A stretch of DNA of 64,000 bases, from contig JAREWP010000022.1 in assembly GCA_029001845.1 (NCBI GenBank), positions 33,678 to 97,677 of the forward strand, in the 5' to 3' direction. Below, piece after piece: positions 9,491-18,626 of this stretch. The number at the start of each line of letters is the position of its first letter. The stretch's first letter is position 1. Position numbers and translations under genes: made by a program. Under the pieces are notes generated by a model that ran no database searches, was not told the DNA's origin, and saw nothing but the letters and a program-made list of their open reading frames with translations. The DNA is from Candidatus Magnetocorallium paracelense (GTDB lineage Bacteria > Nitrospirota > Thermodesulfovibrionia > Thermodesulfovibrionales > Magnetobacteriaceae).

Positions 9491-10363
9491 TCAAGGTTGT
9501 CTGCTTGGTATCTGACGGCATTTTGAATTGACTCTGCCGTTAACGGCGTAGCAGTAAACGCATCCGTGGTAGCAGGTGTTGTATGAACCGATGTCTCTGC
9601 TCTTATCGCAAAAACAGTGTTTTCTCTGGTTTCTGTCACGGCTGCTTTTTACTTCGATAGCGAGAGCCTTTTTCAAAAACTCTGCATCAATACATTTTCC
9701 CTGTTTTACTCCAAAAGCGGAATAATCGTAAGGTATTGCACAACTCTGTAGTTCCATATTATTTATTTTTGCAGAGTTTGCCAGAGAAGCGACTATTCGC
9801 CCGGTAGCGGTCATGTTATCGTTTAAGTCAAAATAGTTAATTCCCCTGGTCTGTCGCATATATGACATAGAAGCAGCGACTTTTTTATAAGTCAGGTCAA
9901 CGATGCTGAATATGACTCTTTGTGTATATCCCTTAAGTTCTGAGGCTATTCTCTCAAAATTATCTATAATATAGTTCTCAGGCGTCATATCGGTTATAAC
10001 AACAGGATCGAACCGCCACACCATTTTGGGGGAGCCGATGATTTCGCTTACTCTTTTGAATGTATCCAGGGATTCTTCGACAGATGGTACATTCGGCTCC
10101 AATATCTTTGGATATCCGTTTACCGTAAAGAGAAAACAGTAGCCGTAACCAAGTGAATTCAGCTTCTTTAAACAGTCAATGAAAGGCGCAGGATTTTTGG
10201 TCCAGAAAACAAAGGCGTCCACTTTTTCAGGTTTAAGGTCTACTTCGAAATGGATACCACTGTAAGGATTTTTTATGGAAACACTCCCTCTTTCAATGGC
10301 TTTTGTAAACCATTCTGTATGAAAGGCCGGAATATCGGTACGTCTGCTTGCCGAAATAATCAA
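9491..10363 (-). CDS. DUF1848 domain-containing protein
   Basis: 290 aa. The N-terminus MIISASRRTDIPAFH and the C-terminal Cys cluster (CFCDKSRDIGSYNTCYHGCVYCYA) are characteristic of DUF1848. Confidence 0.75.
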   Translation of the reverse strand: MIISASRRTDIPAFHTEWFTKAIERGSVSIKNPYSGIHFEVDLKPEKVDAFVFWTKNPAPFIDCLKKLNSLGYGYCFLFTVNGYPKILEPNVPSVEESLDTFKRVSEIIGSPKMVWRFDPVVITDMTPENYIIDNFERIASELKGYTQRVIFSIVDLTYKKVAASMSYMRQTRGINYFDLNDNMTATGRIVASLANSAKINNMELQSCAIPYDYSAFGVKQGKCIDAEFLKKALAIEVKSSRDRNQRKHCFCDKSRDIGSYNTCYHGCVYCYAVNGRVNSKCRQIPSRQP

Positions 10364-10498
10364 TTAATTTCCGAAAAAAGCCTTTTTAGCATTTTTGCCG
10401 CAGTTTTTGTCATTTGAAGATTTACTGTACACAATGTGAGTATAACAGGTAAGTATACGTGGCTTTTAGGGACAGTCCCTTAGTTGCGGATTCTTCTT

Positions 10499-11185
10499 TT
10501 ACTCATATGTGACCACCATGGTGGCATATCCCTCTTCAGCCAAGTGTTCCGCAGTTCGAAGGGCCGCCTCTTTTTGAGAATATTCTCCGATTCTGACGCG
10601 ATAAATCTTTTTATCGTTTACAACGGCCGGTACGATATAAACTTTTTTATAGCTTCGATCCAGTGTTTGTTTAAGCCTCGAAGCGTTTGAACGATTTGAG
10701 AAGGCGGACACCTGGATCGTATATGGCCCCCTATCGGATTTAATTAATGCTCTTTTGGTATAAGAGAGGTCTCTTCCCATAAAATCAATCTTCATTTTCG
10801 CCACACCGACTTCCAACATACCCAGCGCTTTAGCAGCGCCATAGGAAAGATCGAGTTCCCTTCCCTCTATGAAAGGACCTCTGTCATTGATTACCACTTT
10901 TATCGTTTTTCCGTTAAAGGGATTTAATATCTTGAGTTTCGTTCCAAATGGCAGGGTCTTGTGAGCAGCAGTGAGACCGTACATATCATATATTTCACCT
11001 GATGATGTAGGCCTTCCGTGAAATTTCTCTCCATACCACGAAGCAACCATGTAAGTAGTACCTTCGGAGGTCTCTTCCACCAGGTCGTAGTCTCTCTTTT
11101 CAACCTCCTGACTGCAAGAGGTTAAAAAAAACAAAATCGTTAGACAGTAAAAGATATATCTACAAAAGCCGATGTTTTTGACCAC
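10499..11185 (-). CDS. rlpA: septal ring lytic transglycosylase RlpA-family lipoprotein with a SPOR domain
   Basis: 228 aa. Lipobox LFFLTSCS. DPBB core: ASWYGEKFHGRPTSSGEIYDMYGLTAAHKTLPFGTKLKILN...INDRGPF. C-terminal SPOR: YTIQVSAFSNRSNASRL...YRVRIGEYSQKEAA. Confidence 0.9.
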   Translation of the reverse strand: MVKNIGFCRYIFYCLTILFFLTSCSQEVEKRDYDLVEETSEGTTYMVASWYGEKFHGRPTSSGEIYDMYGLTAAHKTLPFGTKLKILNPFNGKTIKVVINDRGPFIEGRELDLSYGAAKALGMLEVGVAKMKIDFMGRDLSYTKRALIKSDRGPYTIQVSAFSNRSNASRLKQTLDRSYKKVYIVPAVVNDKKIYRVRIGEYSQKEAALRTAEHLAEEGYATMVVTYE

Positions 11186-11216
11186 GTCCCATGTCCCTTC
11201 ATATGTAAGACATTAT

Positions 11217-11345
11217 TCAATGTCATTAACTTAAGGAACAAAGCACCTTCCGCGGCTAAACTCGAAGGCTCCGCTTCGCTGCGCCTTCTCAAACATGACC
11301 CGCTTCCGTCGGAAGGTGCTTCACCTCTTAAGTTAACGGTATTGA
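11217..11345 (+). repeat. family B palindromic element, copy 1
   Basis: About 130 bp. Outer inverted arms: cattaacttaaggaacaaagcaccttccg / cggaaggtgcttcacctcttaagttaacgg. Inner hairpin: gaaggctccgcttcgctgcgccttc. By eye about 85-90 percent identical to the reverse complement of 59781-59925. Confidence 0.9.
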
Positions 11346-11368
11346 GACATTAATAAGAATTCATATAA

Positions 11369-12706
11369 TTAGAGGATATAGCGGCTGAGGTCTTCGTCTT
11401 TTACGATTTCCGATAACTTCTCTCTGACATCGTTACTGTTTATGGTAAGTTTTCCTTTCTTTTCCGGGGCCTCGAAGGATATATCTTCAAGTAGTTTCTC
11501 AAGAACTGTCTGCAGTCTTCTGGCGCCAATGTTTTCGGTCTTCTCGTTGACTACCGACGCAATCTCTGCTATGGTGTCTATCGCTTCATCCTTGAAAATC
11601 AGTTTAACCTCTTCCGTATCCATAAGGGCTATATACTGTTTAATCAATGCATTATTGGGTTCAGTCAGAATTCTTACGAATTCTTCTTTACCGAGATGAC
11701 TAAGTTCGACTCTTATGGGAAATCTACCCTGAAGCTCCGGGATAAGATCGGATGGTTTTGTAAGGTGAAAAGCACCGGCAGCAATAAAGAGTATATGATC
11801 GGTTTTAACGTGGCCGTGTTTTGTGTTAACCGTCGTACCTTCCACGATAGGCAGCAAATCTCGCTGAACGCCTTCCCTGGAAACATCGGGGCCGTGACCT
11901 GAACTCCTGTTTGTTACTTTGTCTATCTCGTCTACAAAAATAATACCTGTTTGCTCGGTCCTTTCGATAGCTTCCCTGGTTACCTTATCCATATCGATCA
12001 GTTTATTGGCTTCGGATTCTACAAGTTGCTCCATTGCATCGGGTACGCTCATTTTTTTTCGCTTAGGCTTTTCCGGCAGAATGTTTCCGAGCATCTCTTT
12101 TATATTAATCTCAAGATCTTCCATGCCTATATTGGATATGACACCAAAGGGCATCATCTTTTCCTTGACTTCTATATCGACATATTTGGAATCCAGTTTT
12201 CCCTCTTGCAGGCGCTTTCTTAGTTTCTCTCTAGTGGCATGATGCTTCTCCTTTTCCTCATCGGTAAGTGGAGAGCTCTTTTTGCCTTTTGCAATTGGTA
12301 ACAGTAAATCGAGCATCCTCTCCTCGGCAAGGGTCTTCGCCTTTTCCTGTATACTTTGAATATGCTCATCCTTTACAATATTAACAGCTATTTCAGTAAG
12401 ATCTCTAACCATTGACTCGACATCTCTTCCAACATAACCGACCTCTGTAAATTTAGATGCCTCTACCTTTATAAAAGGCGCATGAGAGAGTTTTGCCAGT
12501 CTTCGGGCTATTTCGGTCTTTCCCACTCCTGTGGGACCGATCATAATTATATTTTTGGGGAGTACTTCATCCCGTAATTCCTGTGACAGTTGTTGCCTTC
12601 TCCAACGATTCCTCAATGCAATTGCAACTGCTTTTTTTGCATCGCCCTGCCCGATAATGAACTTATCCAGCTCCTCTACGATTGTTCTTGGTGTGAGATT
12701 ATCCAT
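11369..12706 (-). CDS. hslU: ATP-dependent protease ATPase subunit HslU
   Basis: 445 aa. [34 protein letters not shown] signature, Walker [16 protein letters not shown], and C-terminal [18 protein letters not shown]. Confidence 0.97.
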   Translation of the reverse strand: MDNLTPRTIVEELDKFIIGQGDAKKAVAIALRNRWRRQQLSQELRDEVLPKNIIMIGPTGVGKTEIARRLAKLSHAPFIKVEASKFTEVGYVGRDVESMVRDLTEIAVNIVKDEHIQSIQEKAKTLAEERMLDLLLPIAKGKKSSPLTDEEKEKHHATREKLRKRLQEGKLDSKYVDIEVKEKMMPFGVISNIGMEDLEINIKEMLGNILPEKPKRKKMSVPDAMEQLVESEANKLIDMDKVTREAIERTEQTGIIFVDEIDKVTNRSSGHGPDVSREGVQRDLLPIVEGTTVNTKHGHVKTDHILFIAAGAFHLTKPSDLIPELQGRFPIRVELSHLGKEEFVRILTEPNNALIKQYIALMDTEEVKLIFKDEAIDTIAEIASVVNEKTENIGARRLQTVLEKLLEDISFEAPEKKGKLTINSNDVREKLSEIVKDEDLSRYIL

Positions 12707-13232
12707 TTAACTCCTCTACAAAGATTTTATTATTTGTGTATATACAAATATCGGATGCTATTTCAAGTGATTTCTCGGCAATCTCTCTGGCGGAAAGAGA
12801 TGTGTTTTGCATTAGAGAAACAGCGGCAGCCTGAGCATAAGAGCCGCCGGACCCGATTGCTGCAATGCCGTTTTCAGGCTCTATGACATCGCCTGTACCT
12901 GAAATAATCAGTGTATTACTCTCATTTGCGGCTACCAACAGCGCTTCGAGTCTTCTCAAAATTTTATCGGTTCTCCAGTCTTTGGCAAGTTCGACTGCCG
13001 CCCTTGTAAGATTACCTCTGTACGTTTCGAGTTTACCGTCGAATTTATCGAAAAGCGTAAAGGCATCTGCCGTGGCGCCTGCGAAACCGACGATGACCTT
13101 GTTATTATAGAGCCTTCTGATTTTTTTTGCATTATGTTTTATTATAGTGTGCCCCAGTGTAACTTGTCCGTCTCCGGCAATGGCGACGTCCGTATCTTTT
13201 CTTACACATACTATTGTAGTACCTTTAAACAT
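12699..13232 (-). CDS. hslV: ATP-dependent protease subunit HslV
   Basis: 177 aa. TTIVCVRKD (catalytic N-terminal Thr after Met removal), [17 protein letters not shown]. Overlaps hslU by 8 nt. Confidence 0.97.
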   Translation of the reverse strand: MFKGTTIVCVRKDTDVAIAGDGQVTLGHTIIKHNAKKIRRLYNNKVIVGFAGATADAFTLFDKFDGKLETYRGNLTRAAVELAKDWRTDKILRRLEALLVAANESNTLIISGTGDVIEPENGIAAIGSGGSYAQAAAVSLMQNTSLSAREIAEKSLEIASDICIYTNNKIFVEELNG

Positions 13233-13326
13233 ATTTTTCCTCTTTATGTGACATGAATTGTTATTTGTTTTATATCATAACAAAAAACAGCAGATTTATT
13301 TAAGTCATTGAAACGGCATACTGTTT

Positions 13327-13555
13327 ACCTAACCCGGCAAGCGGTTACAAAAAAGGTTTGGGGAATTTCGGAGAAATTCCCTTCAAGTCTCCTCTCCCCT
13401 TGAGGGGAGAGGATTAAGGTGAGGGGTGACAGCGGAGAAGCGTTACCCTGTCGAGTACCTTACCGCACCCCCTCACCCTAACCCTCTCCCCCTTCAAAGG
13501 GGGAGAGGGAGTAAAAAAACGCTGCTTTTGCAGCTTAGGGTTGAGTCAACCCTTA
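13327..13555 (+). repeat. family A GC-rich multi-hairpin element, copy 1 (with the G-motif left flank)
   Basis: Components in order: cctaacccggcaagcgg flank; hairpin ggaatttcggagaaattcc; hairpin ctcctctcccc-ttga-ggggagagga; long-range stem ggtgagggg...cccctcacc; hairpin ccctctccccc-ttcaaa-gggggagaggg; then two small hairpins (gctgcttttgcagc, agggttgagtcaaccct). Four copies occur in the window. Confidence 0.9.
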
Positions 13556-13587
13556 ATCTGAAAAACCTGCTCAGGCCTTTTTTTTTT

Positions 13588-13629
13588 TGACATTCATTTG
13601 GCATTTGAACTTTGGAATTTGACATTCAG
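13588..13629. repeat. family F low-complexity arm (tgacatt / tttggcatt / tgaacttt units)
   Basis: tgacattcatttggcatttgaactttggaatttgacattcag. It resembles the right arm of the 20175-20353 hairpin and lies directly after family A copy 1. Confidence 0.7.
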
Positions 13630-13638
13630 AAATGACGT

Positions 13639-15105
13639 TTACTCCTTCATTCCTCTCTGGCGACCTTTTGCAGAGGGCCCTTTTATGCGTAATGCGTTCC
13701 TCAAAGCAGACAAGTCCTCTCTGCTAAGGGATTTTGTAATAAGAAGAGCTGATAAATAGATTATCGGACCACTTAAAAGAGCCGCCATTTCGTTTATTTT
13801 ATAAATAAAACCCATTGCTATCCACATAATGGCGCTGCTGATTATCGGGCCGGGAATGTTTTTAATCGTTAAGGGCGATATATTATGCCTGTAAACAAAG
13901 TGCGATAAAAACACTATTTTTATAAAATATGCCGCAGTCAACCCGATCGAGGCCCCTAGATAACCGAACATAGGTATCAGCAGCAAATCGAGAACAAGAT
14001 TTACGATAAACATCACACCCTGGCTTAGTGCTGAAAACCACTGTTTTTTGAGAGCGATAATCACGGCATTCAGCAGAGATTCGAGAAACATGAAAACAAT
14101 CGCCCATGACAATATCTTCATGGTAACAGCGGAATCTATAAAAGCGTCGCCAAATAAAAGTAAAATGACAGGCTCTGCAAATACGGTTAGTGTCACTGCC
14201 GCCGGGAGGCTGATTATAATAAAAAATCTGAATGCTCTTGATAAGATTTTTTCAAGCTCTTCTATAGATTCGACTGCCAGTCTGTTCAGATATGGAAAGA
14301 GAGCAGTCGTCAGTGTCATGGGAATAATTTTTAATCTTATCGTTAATGCAAAGGGGGCGAAGAAGAGAGATATCTCAGATGCGTTTCTAAATATTTTCAA
14401 TATAAAAACAGCCATTCTCATAGTTGCTTCTACCAGCAGCATCTCAAGAAAGAGAGGAAAAGATTCTCTGATTAAAGTTTTTATTCTCTTATGTTTAAAG
14501 GTGAATGTAACTTTTTCAAGTACCTTTGAGTAGATAACATAAGCAATTGAAAGAGCAAGGAAGTTAGCAGCCATGACACCCAGAAGCAGGGGGATGAATC
14601 CGAGGTCCAAAGAAATGACAACAATAATTATGATTAGCGCAGTTAGTCGATTAATGATATTTATAATCGCCTTGTACTCCATTTTTTCAAAGGCAAGGAA
14701 AATATTTATAAAGGACATCGTCAGTAAAAATAGTATTTCACTTATCATAAGAATATAAAAGGCAGTGAGAAATTGCCCGGAAATACCAAAGGAAGCGACT
14801 ATAAATGAGAGGGAGATAAAAGTTACACCAGAGAGAATCAGCCTTATAAACAATAACGAACTCAGATAATCCAAAGCCCCGGCTTTGTCGTTCCCAACCT
14901 CTCGCATAACAATTCGTTCCATACCGAAGTTGGGGATGGAAATCGCTACTGCCACTATGGAGATAAGAAAGGCGTATTTTCCGTAAATCTCTACTCCCAG
15001 GTATCTGGCAAATACAATTATAACAAGGAGCCTGAATACTACATCGGTTCCGTTAGCAAGTAAAAGCATGAGGGAGTTTTTGGTTATCCTGGAGGATCGA
15101 TTCAT
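13639..15105 (-). CDS. polysaccharide flippase (Wzx / MOP superfamily)
   Basis: 488 aa, about 12-14 predicted TM helices. The N-terminus NSLMLLLANGTDVVFRLLVIIVFARYLGVEIYGKYAF is typical of oligosaccharide flippases. Adjacent to the EPS export genes. Confidence 0.8.
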   Translation of the reverse strand: MNRSSRITKNSLMLLLANGTDVVFRLLVIIVFARYLGVEIYGKYAFLISIVAVAISIPNFGMERIVMREVGNDKAGALDYLSSLLFIRLILSGVTFISLSFIVASFGISGQFLTAFYILMISEILFLLTMSFINIFLAFEKMEYKAIINIINRLTALIIIIVVISLDLGFIPLLLGVMAANFLALSIAYVIYSKVLEKVTFTFKHKRIKTLIRESFPLFLEMLLVEATMRMAVFILKIFRNASEISLFFAPFALTIRLKIIPMTLTTALFPYLNRLAVESIEELEKILSRAFRFFIIISLPAAVTLTVFAEPVILLLFGDAFIDSAVTMKILSWAIVFMFLESLLNAVIIALKKQWFSALSQGVMFIVNLVLDLLLIPMFGYLGASIGLTAAYFIKIVFLSHFVYRHNISPLTIKNIPGPIISSAIMWIAMGFIYKINEMAALLSGPIIYLSALLITKSLSREDLSALRNALRIKGPSAKGRQRGMKE

Positions 15106-15208
15106 GGGTTTTAATACTGATGGTTTTTCGTTATTTTAAGGCAACTACATGCAATAAGTTAAGGTAATACTTTAGGAATTTAAGTGACTATTCTGTGACA
15201 TTTTTACT

Positions 15209-15988
15209 TCATGCCCATTTAAACAGCCTCTTTAAAAAACTCTGTTGTACAGGTTTAGGAGCAGGCACGCGTACCGGATCGCCCTTTATAATATTTGCCG
15301 GTATTGAGGTCACCATTTCCAGGGCTCTGTCCGGTCCGGATATTTCTTTTATAATTCTAAAACCCTCTGCAAATGTATAGGCCCCTGTGGAAGAAGAGTG
15401 AATATCGCTTCCCATCATATGGATGAGATTGTGTGAAATAAGGAGTTTTGCCGTTTTTTGAGCATTTTTACCGTACCGGCCCGTAAGACTACCGGAATTT
15501 ACATGGGTCAGCGCGCCTCTTTTAATAAAGTCAAACAACCTGTTAGGCTCCTCCCATATTTTTACATATCTTTCGGGATGGGCAATGATTGGTATAACGC
15601 CGCATACTATGAGATCGAAGATTACCTGTTCCGTAAAATCGGGTATCTCAAGAAGAGGAAGTTCAAGGAGAATATACCTGCCCTGTCCGTTAATTGTCAG
15701 TTTTTTGTTTTCTTTAATTCTCTTAGGAAGGTCAGGAGTAATAAAAATTTCAGCGCCACGGACGATTTCTATATCTATATTTTCCCTTGCTACTCTTTTT
15801 TTTAAGTCATCGAAACCTTGATTAACATGATCCCAGGAGGTGCTGTCAGCCAAATCCAGTGCATGGGGAGTGGCGAAAAGAGTTTTTACTCCGGCTTTTT
15901 CCGCTGTAACGGCGATTTCAACGGATTCATCAATATTCGATGCGCCGTCGTCTACACCGGGAATTATATGGGAATGTACATCGATCAT
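15209..15988 (-). CDS. PHP-family protein-tyrosine phosphatase (CpsB/CapC type)
   Basis: 259 aa. MIDVHSHIIPGVDDGA N-terminus, HPERY and GSDIHS metal-binding motifs. Confidence 0.9.
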   Translation of the reverse strand: MIDVHSHIIPGVDDGASNIDESVEIAVTAEKAGVKTLFATPHALDLADSTSWDHVNQGFDDLKKRVARENIDIEIVRGAEIFITPDLPKRIKENKKLTINGQGRYILLELPLLEIPDFTEQVIFDLIVCGVIPIIAHPERYVKIWEEPNRLFDFIKRGALTHVNSGSLTGRYGKNAQKTAKLLISHNLIHMMGSDIHSSSTGAYTFAEGFRIIKEISGPDRALEMVTSIPANIIKGDPVRVPAPKPVQQSFLKRLFKWA

Positions 15989-18087
15989 TTCCTCTGGCCT
16001 TCATAATACCCCTTTTTATAATAGTAGTGATAATATCCGCTTCCTGTAGCTGCTTTGAACTTATTGAGCACCATTCCCAGAGGTCTTACATTAGCGTTTT
16101 CAAGGAGTTCTCTTGCCTGTGAAAAAGCACGTAATGTAAGAGATTCGCTCTCCAAAACCAGGATCGTCCCGTCACTAAAGGGTGATAAAAAGATCGAGTC
16201 ATGAGCAACAAGCAGGGGAGGCGTATCCATAATTACAAAATCGTAACTCTTTTTCAGTTCGCCTATTAATTCGTGAAGCTTATCGGATTCGATCATTCTG
16301 CCCGGATCAGGAGGTATGGGGCCGCTTGTTAATATGTTTAATCCCGGAACATCGGTTTTTATTGCAGCATCAGGAAGAGCCGCTTCACCTGAAAGCACAT
16401 TTGTAACGCCTGTGGCGTTTGGAATGTTAAAGACTTCGTGTATTCGAGGCTTACGAAAGTCTAAGTCTACGATAATGACTTCTTTGCCTTCATAGGTAAT
16501 TGAAATACCGAGATTGACAGAGGTCGTCGTTTTTCCCTCACCTGCAAGTACGCTGGTTACAAGGAAATTGCTAACAGGGCTGTCAAGGCTTGAAAATTTA
16601 ATGCTGTTTCTTATTGTCCTGTAAGATTCGCTGACAGGGTCTTTTGGATCTCTGGACGAAATAATGGCGTCTTCTTTCTTTTTGAATCTGGGAATCGTCC
16701 CCAGAAGCGTTAAATCGGAATGTCGTTTCGCATCATCTGGAGTTTTGATGGTATCGTCAAAATAGTCGATTAAAAAGGCAAGACCCAGGCCGAATATCAT
16801 ACCGATTAAAGCTCCCAACAATATATTCAGAGATTTATTCGGGAAAAAGGGATCGTCAAAATCAGGTTCCACAGCCGCCTCTACCAACCTAATATCGGAA
16901 AGTGTCATCGCTTCAGCAACGCCTACCTGATAAAGATACTCCAGCAAAGCGCCATACAGCTCCTGGCTTGCAGTGGTTTTTAACATAAGTTGTGTATTGA
17001 TCAGTTCCTTTTCCGGGATTGTGAAAAGTAAATCCATATACTTTTCAATGTCCTGATTTACATTGACCAGGTGAATTTCCAGGGCGGAAAGCTCTCTTTC
17101 GAGCAGTTGCAAATCTTTGGAAGACTCCTGATAGTAACTCATCTCTTTCTTTAGTTCTTCTCTGGCTTTCGAGATCTTCAGTTTGAGCACTTTCACGTCC
17201 ATATGCTCGGGAGTTTTTTCAGCCAGCGCTTCAGATAATTTGAATTCCATGTCAAGGATTTTTTTCCTGATTTCTTCTATCTGAGGATTTTCGGACGCAG
17301 CAGAACCGGACACGGTTCTTTCGTCCTGTGTGCTCAATTGGGCCTTGAGAGTTTTGATCTTTGCCTTTACTTCAGCCAAATCTATAATATTGTCTTCCTT
17401 CTGCTGCATAAGTTCGGAGACCTTCTCGAGCGCTATCTTTGTCTCTATATTTATATCGATCGTCTTTTCCTGTAGTTTGAAGCTTCTGATTTCCTCCAAA
17501 GCTCTCAGATACTCTGCTTTCGCCAGCTTAATCTGATCGTCGATAAATGACCTGGCGCTTCCGTACTCCTGCCTTCTCTGTTTAAGATTGGAGTCGATAT
17601 ATATATCCGCCAGCGTATTGGCTATCATGGATGCTTCCAGGGGGTTGGGAGATTTGGTTTGTATCTCAATCAGATCGGTCTCTTCGATTTCTGCAATATT
17701 TACTTTAGGTCTTGGAAAGAGTGTGGACATAAAGATGTTGGATTTTAACAGGTCCTGAGGCATAAACAGATTACCGTCGTTGTCTCTTAACTGAAGGAGG
17801 TTGATTACTTCGTTAAGAACCGGCGCCACTGTCGCCAGAGCGATATTGTTTTGCAGCTCCGTATCGGAACCGGTCAGGGACATCAGATCCGTAAGGTCGG
17901 AAAGGCCAATACTGGAAAGCAGGGAAGAAGCGGTGTCAGAACTTGAAATTAACAGCTTTGCCGAAGATTCATATTGCGGTGTTAGAAGATAGCTGCAAAC
18001 AGCAGCAGTGAGAGTTATAACGAGAAAGGCCTGAAGTACAATCCATTTCCTGCGAAAGATTATTTCCAGAAGTTTTCTTAATTCCAT
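15985..18087 (-). CDS. polysaccharide co-polymerase / tyrosine autokinase (Wzc / GumC family)
   Basis: 700 aa. Wzz-like N-terminus with two TM segments and a long coiled coil. BY-kinase Walker A: SVLAGEGKTTTSVNLG. C-terminal tyrosine cluster: GSGYYHYYYKKGYYE. Confidence 0.9.
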   Translation of the reverse strand: MELRKLLEIIFRRKWIVLQAFLVITLTAAVCSYLLTPQYESSAKLLISSSDTASSLLSSIGLSDLTDLMSLTGSDTELQNNIALATVAPVLNEVINLLQLRDNDGNLFMPQDLLKSNIFMSTLFPRPKVNIAEIEETDLIEIQTKSPNPLEASMIANTLADIYIDSNLKQRRQEYGSARSFIDDQIKLAKAEYLRALEEIRSFKLQEKTIDINIETKIALEKVSELMQQKEDNIIDLAEVKAKIKTLKAQLSTQDERTVSGSAASENPQIEEIRKKILDMEFKLSEALAEKTPEHMDVKVLKLKISKAREELKKEMSYYQESSKDLQLLERELSALEIHLVNVNQDIEKYMDLLFTIPEKELINTQLMLKTTASQELYGALLEYLYQVGVAEAMTLSDIRLVEAAVEPDFDDPFFPNKSLNILLGALIGMIFGLGLAFLIDYFDDTIKTPDDAKRHSDLTLLGTIPRFKKKEDAIISSRDPKDPVSESYRTIRNSIKFSSLDSPVSNFLVTSVLAGEGKTTTSVNLGISITYEGKEVIIVDLDFRKPRIHEVFNIPNATGVTNVLSGEAALPDAAIKTDVPGLNILTSGPIPPDPGRMIESDKLHELIGELKKSYDFVIMDTPPLLVAHDSIFLSPFSDGTILVLESESLTLRAFSQARELLENANVRPLGMVLNKFKAATGSGYYHYYYKKGYYEGQRK

Positions 18088-18626
18088 AAACCATCGTCCT
18101 CTCCGATCATTTTCAAAGATTTAGTCACATTGTAATGCACGAATTTGTCTTCACTGTCAAGCAGTTTCGTTAAAACGGGCAGGGCGCTGTTGTCTTTAAT
18201 GTTGCCTAAGGCCCATATAGTGACGATCTGAAGATCTTTGTCCTGTATCAGAGTCGTTAAAAAAGGTATTGCACCGGGGTCCTGAATCTTACCTAATGCC
18301 TCTATGGCGGCTCTTTGGATCTCTTTGTCCTCGTTCTTCAATACATTGACAAGGGGTTTTACGCTGCTGCTTCCTCCAATGTTCCCCAGTGTCCTGATTA
18401 TATTGATTTTTAAATTTTTTCCGTAGTGTTGATCTTCGGCGCTCTGCAAAAGTTCCAGAAGCGGTTGTACGGCTTCTTCGGCCTGCATCTCTCCCAGGCG
18501 ACTTACGGCATTATTGACAACCATAATGTTCGGGCTTTTAAGGCTTTCAATATAATCGGAGCCGTTAGAACAGGATAGGATTAAGGAATAAAAAAGGGGT
18601 AACAGATAAATAATGATTCTTCTCAT
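18078..18626 (-). CDS. HEAT-repeat lipoprotein
   Basis: 182 aa. Lipobox SLILSCS. Four or five PBS-lyase/HEAT-like repeats (V..AV.ALG.I.D..A...L..LL.D.D). Overlaps both neighbouring genes. Confidence 0.8.
   Translation of the reverse strand: MRRIIIYLLPLFYSLILSCSNGSDYIESLKSPNIMVVNNAVSRLGEMQAEEAVQPLLELLQSAEDQHYGKNLKINIIRTLGNIGGSSSVKPLVNVLKNEDKEIQRAAIEALGKIQDPGAIPFLTTLIQDKDLQIVTIWALGNIKDNSALPVLTKLLDSEDKFVHYNVTKSLKMIGEDDGLWN

Noticed and set aside
13598-13615. Other sigma-54-like TGGCA occurrences: ttggcatttgaactttgg at 13598, tggcattcataaat at 20344, and tggcagatgagca at 46532.
   Set aside because: The required GC dinucleotide is not at the canonical distance from the GG, and these sites fall inside low-complexity repeat arms.
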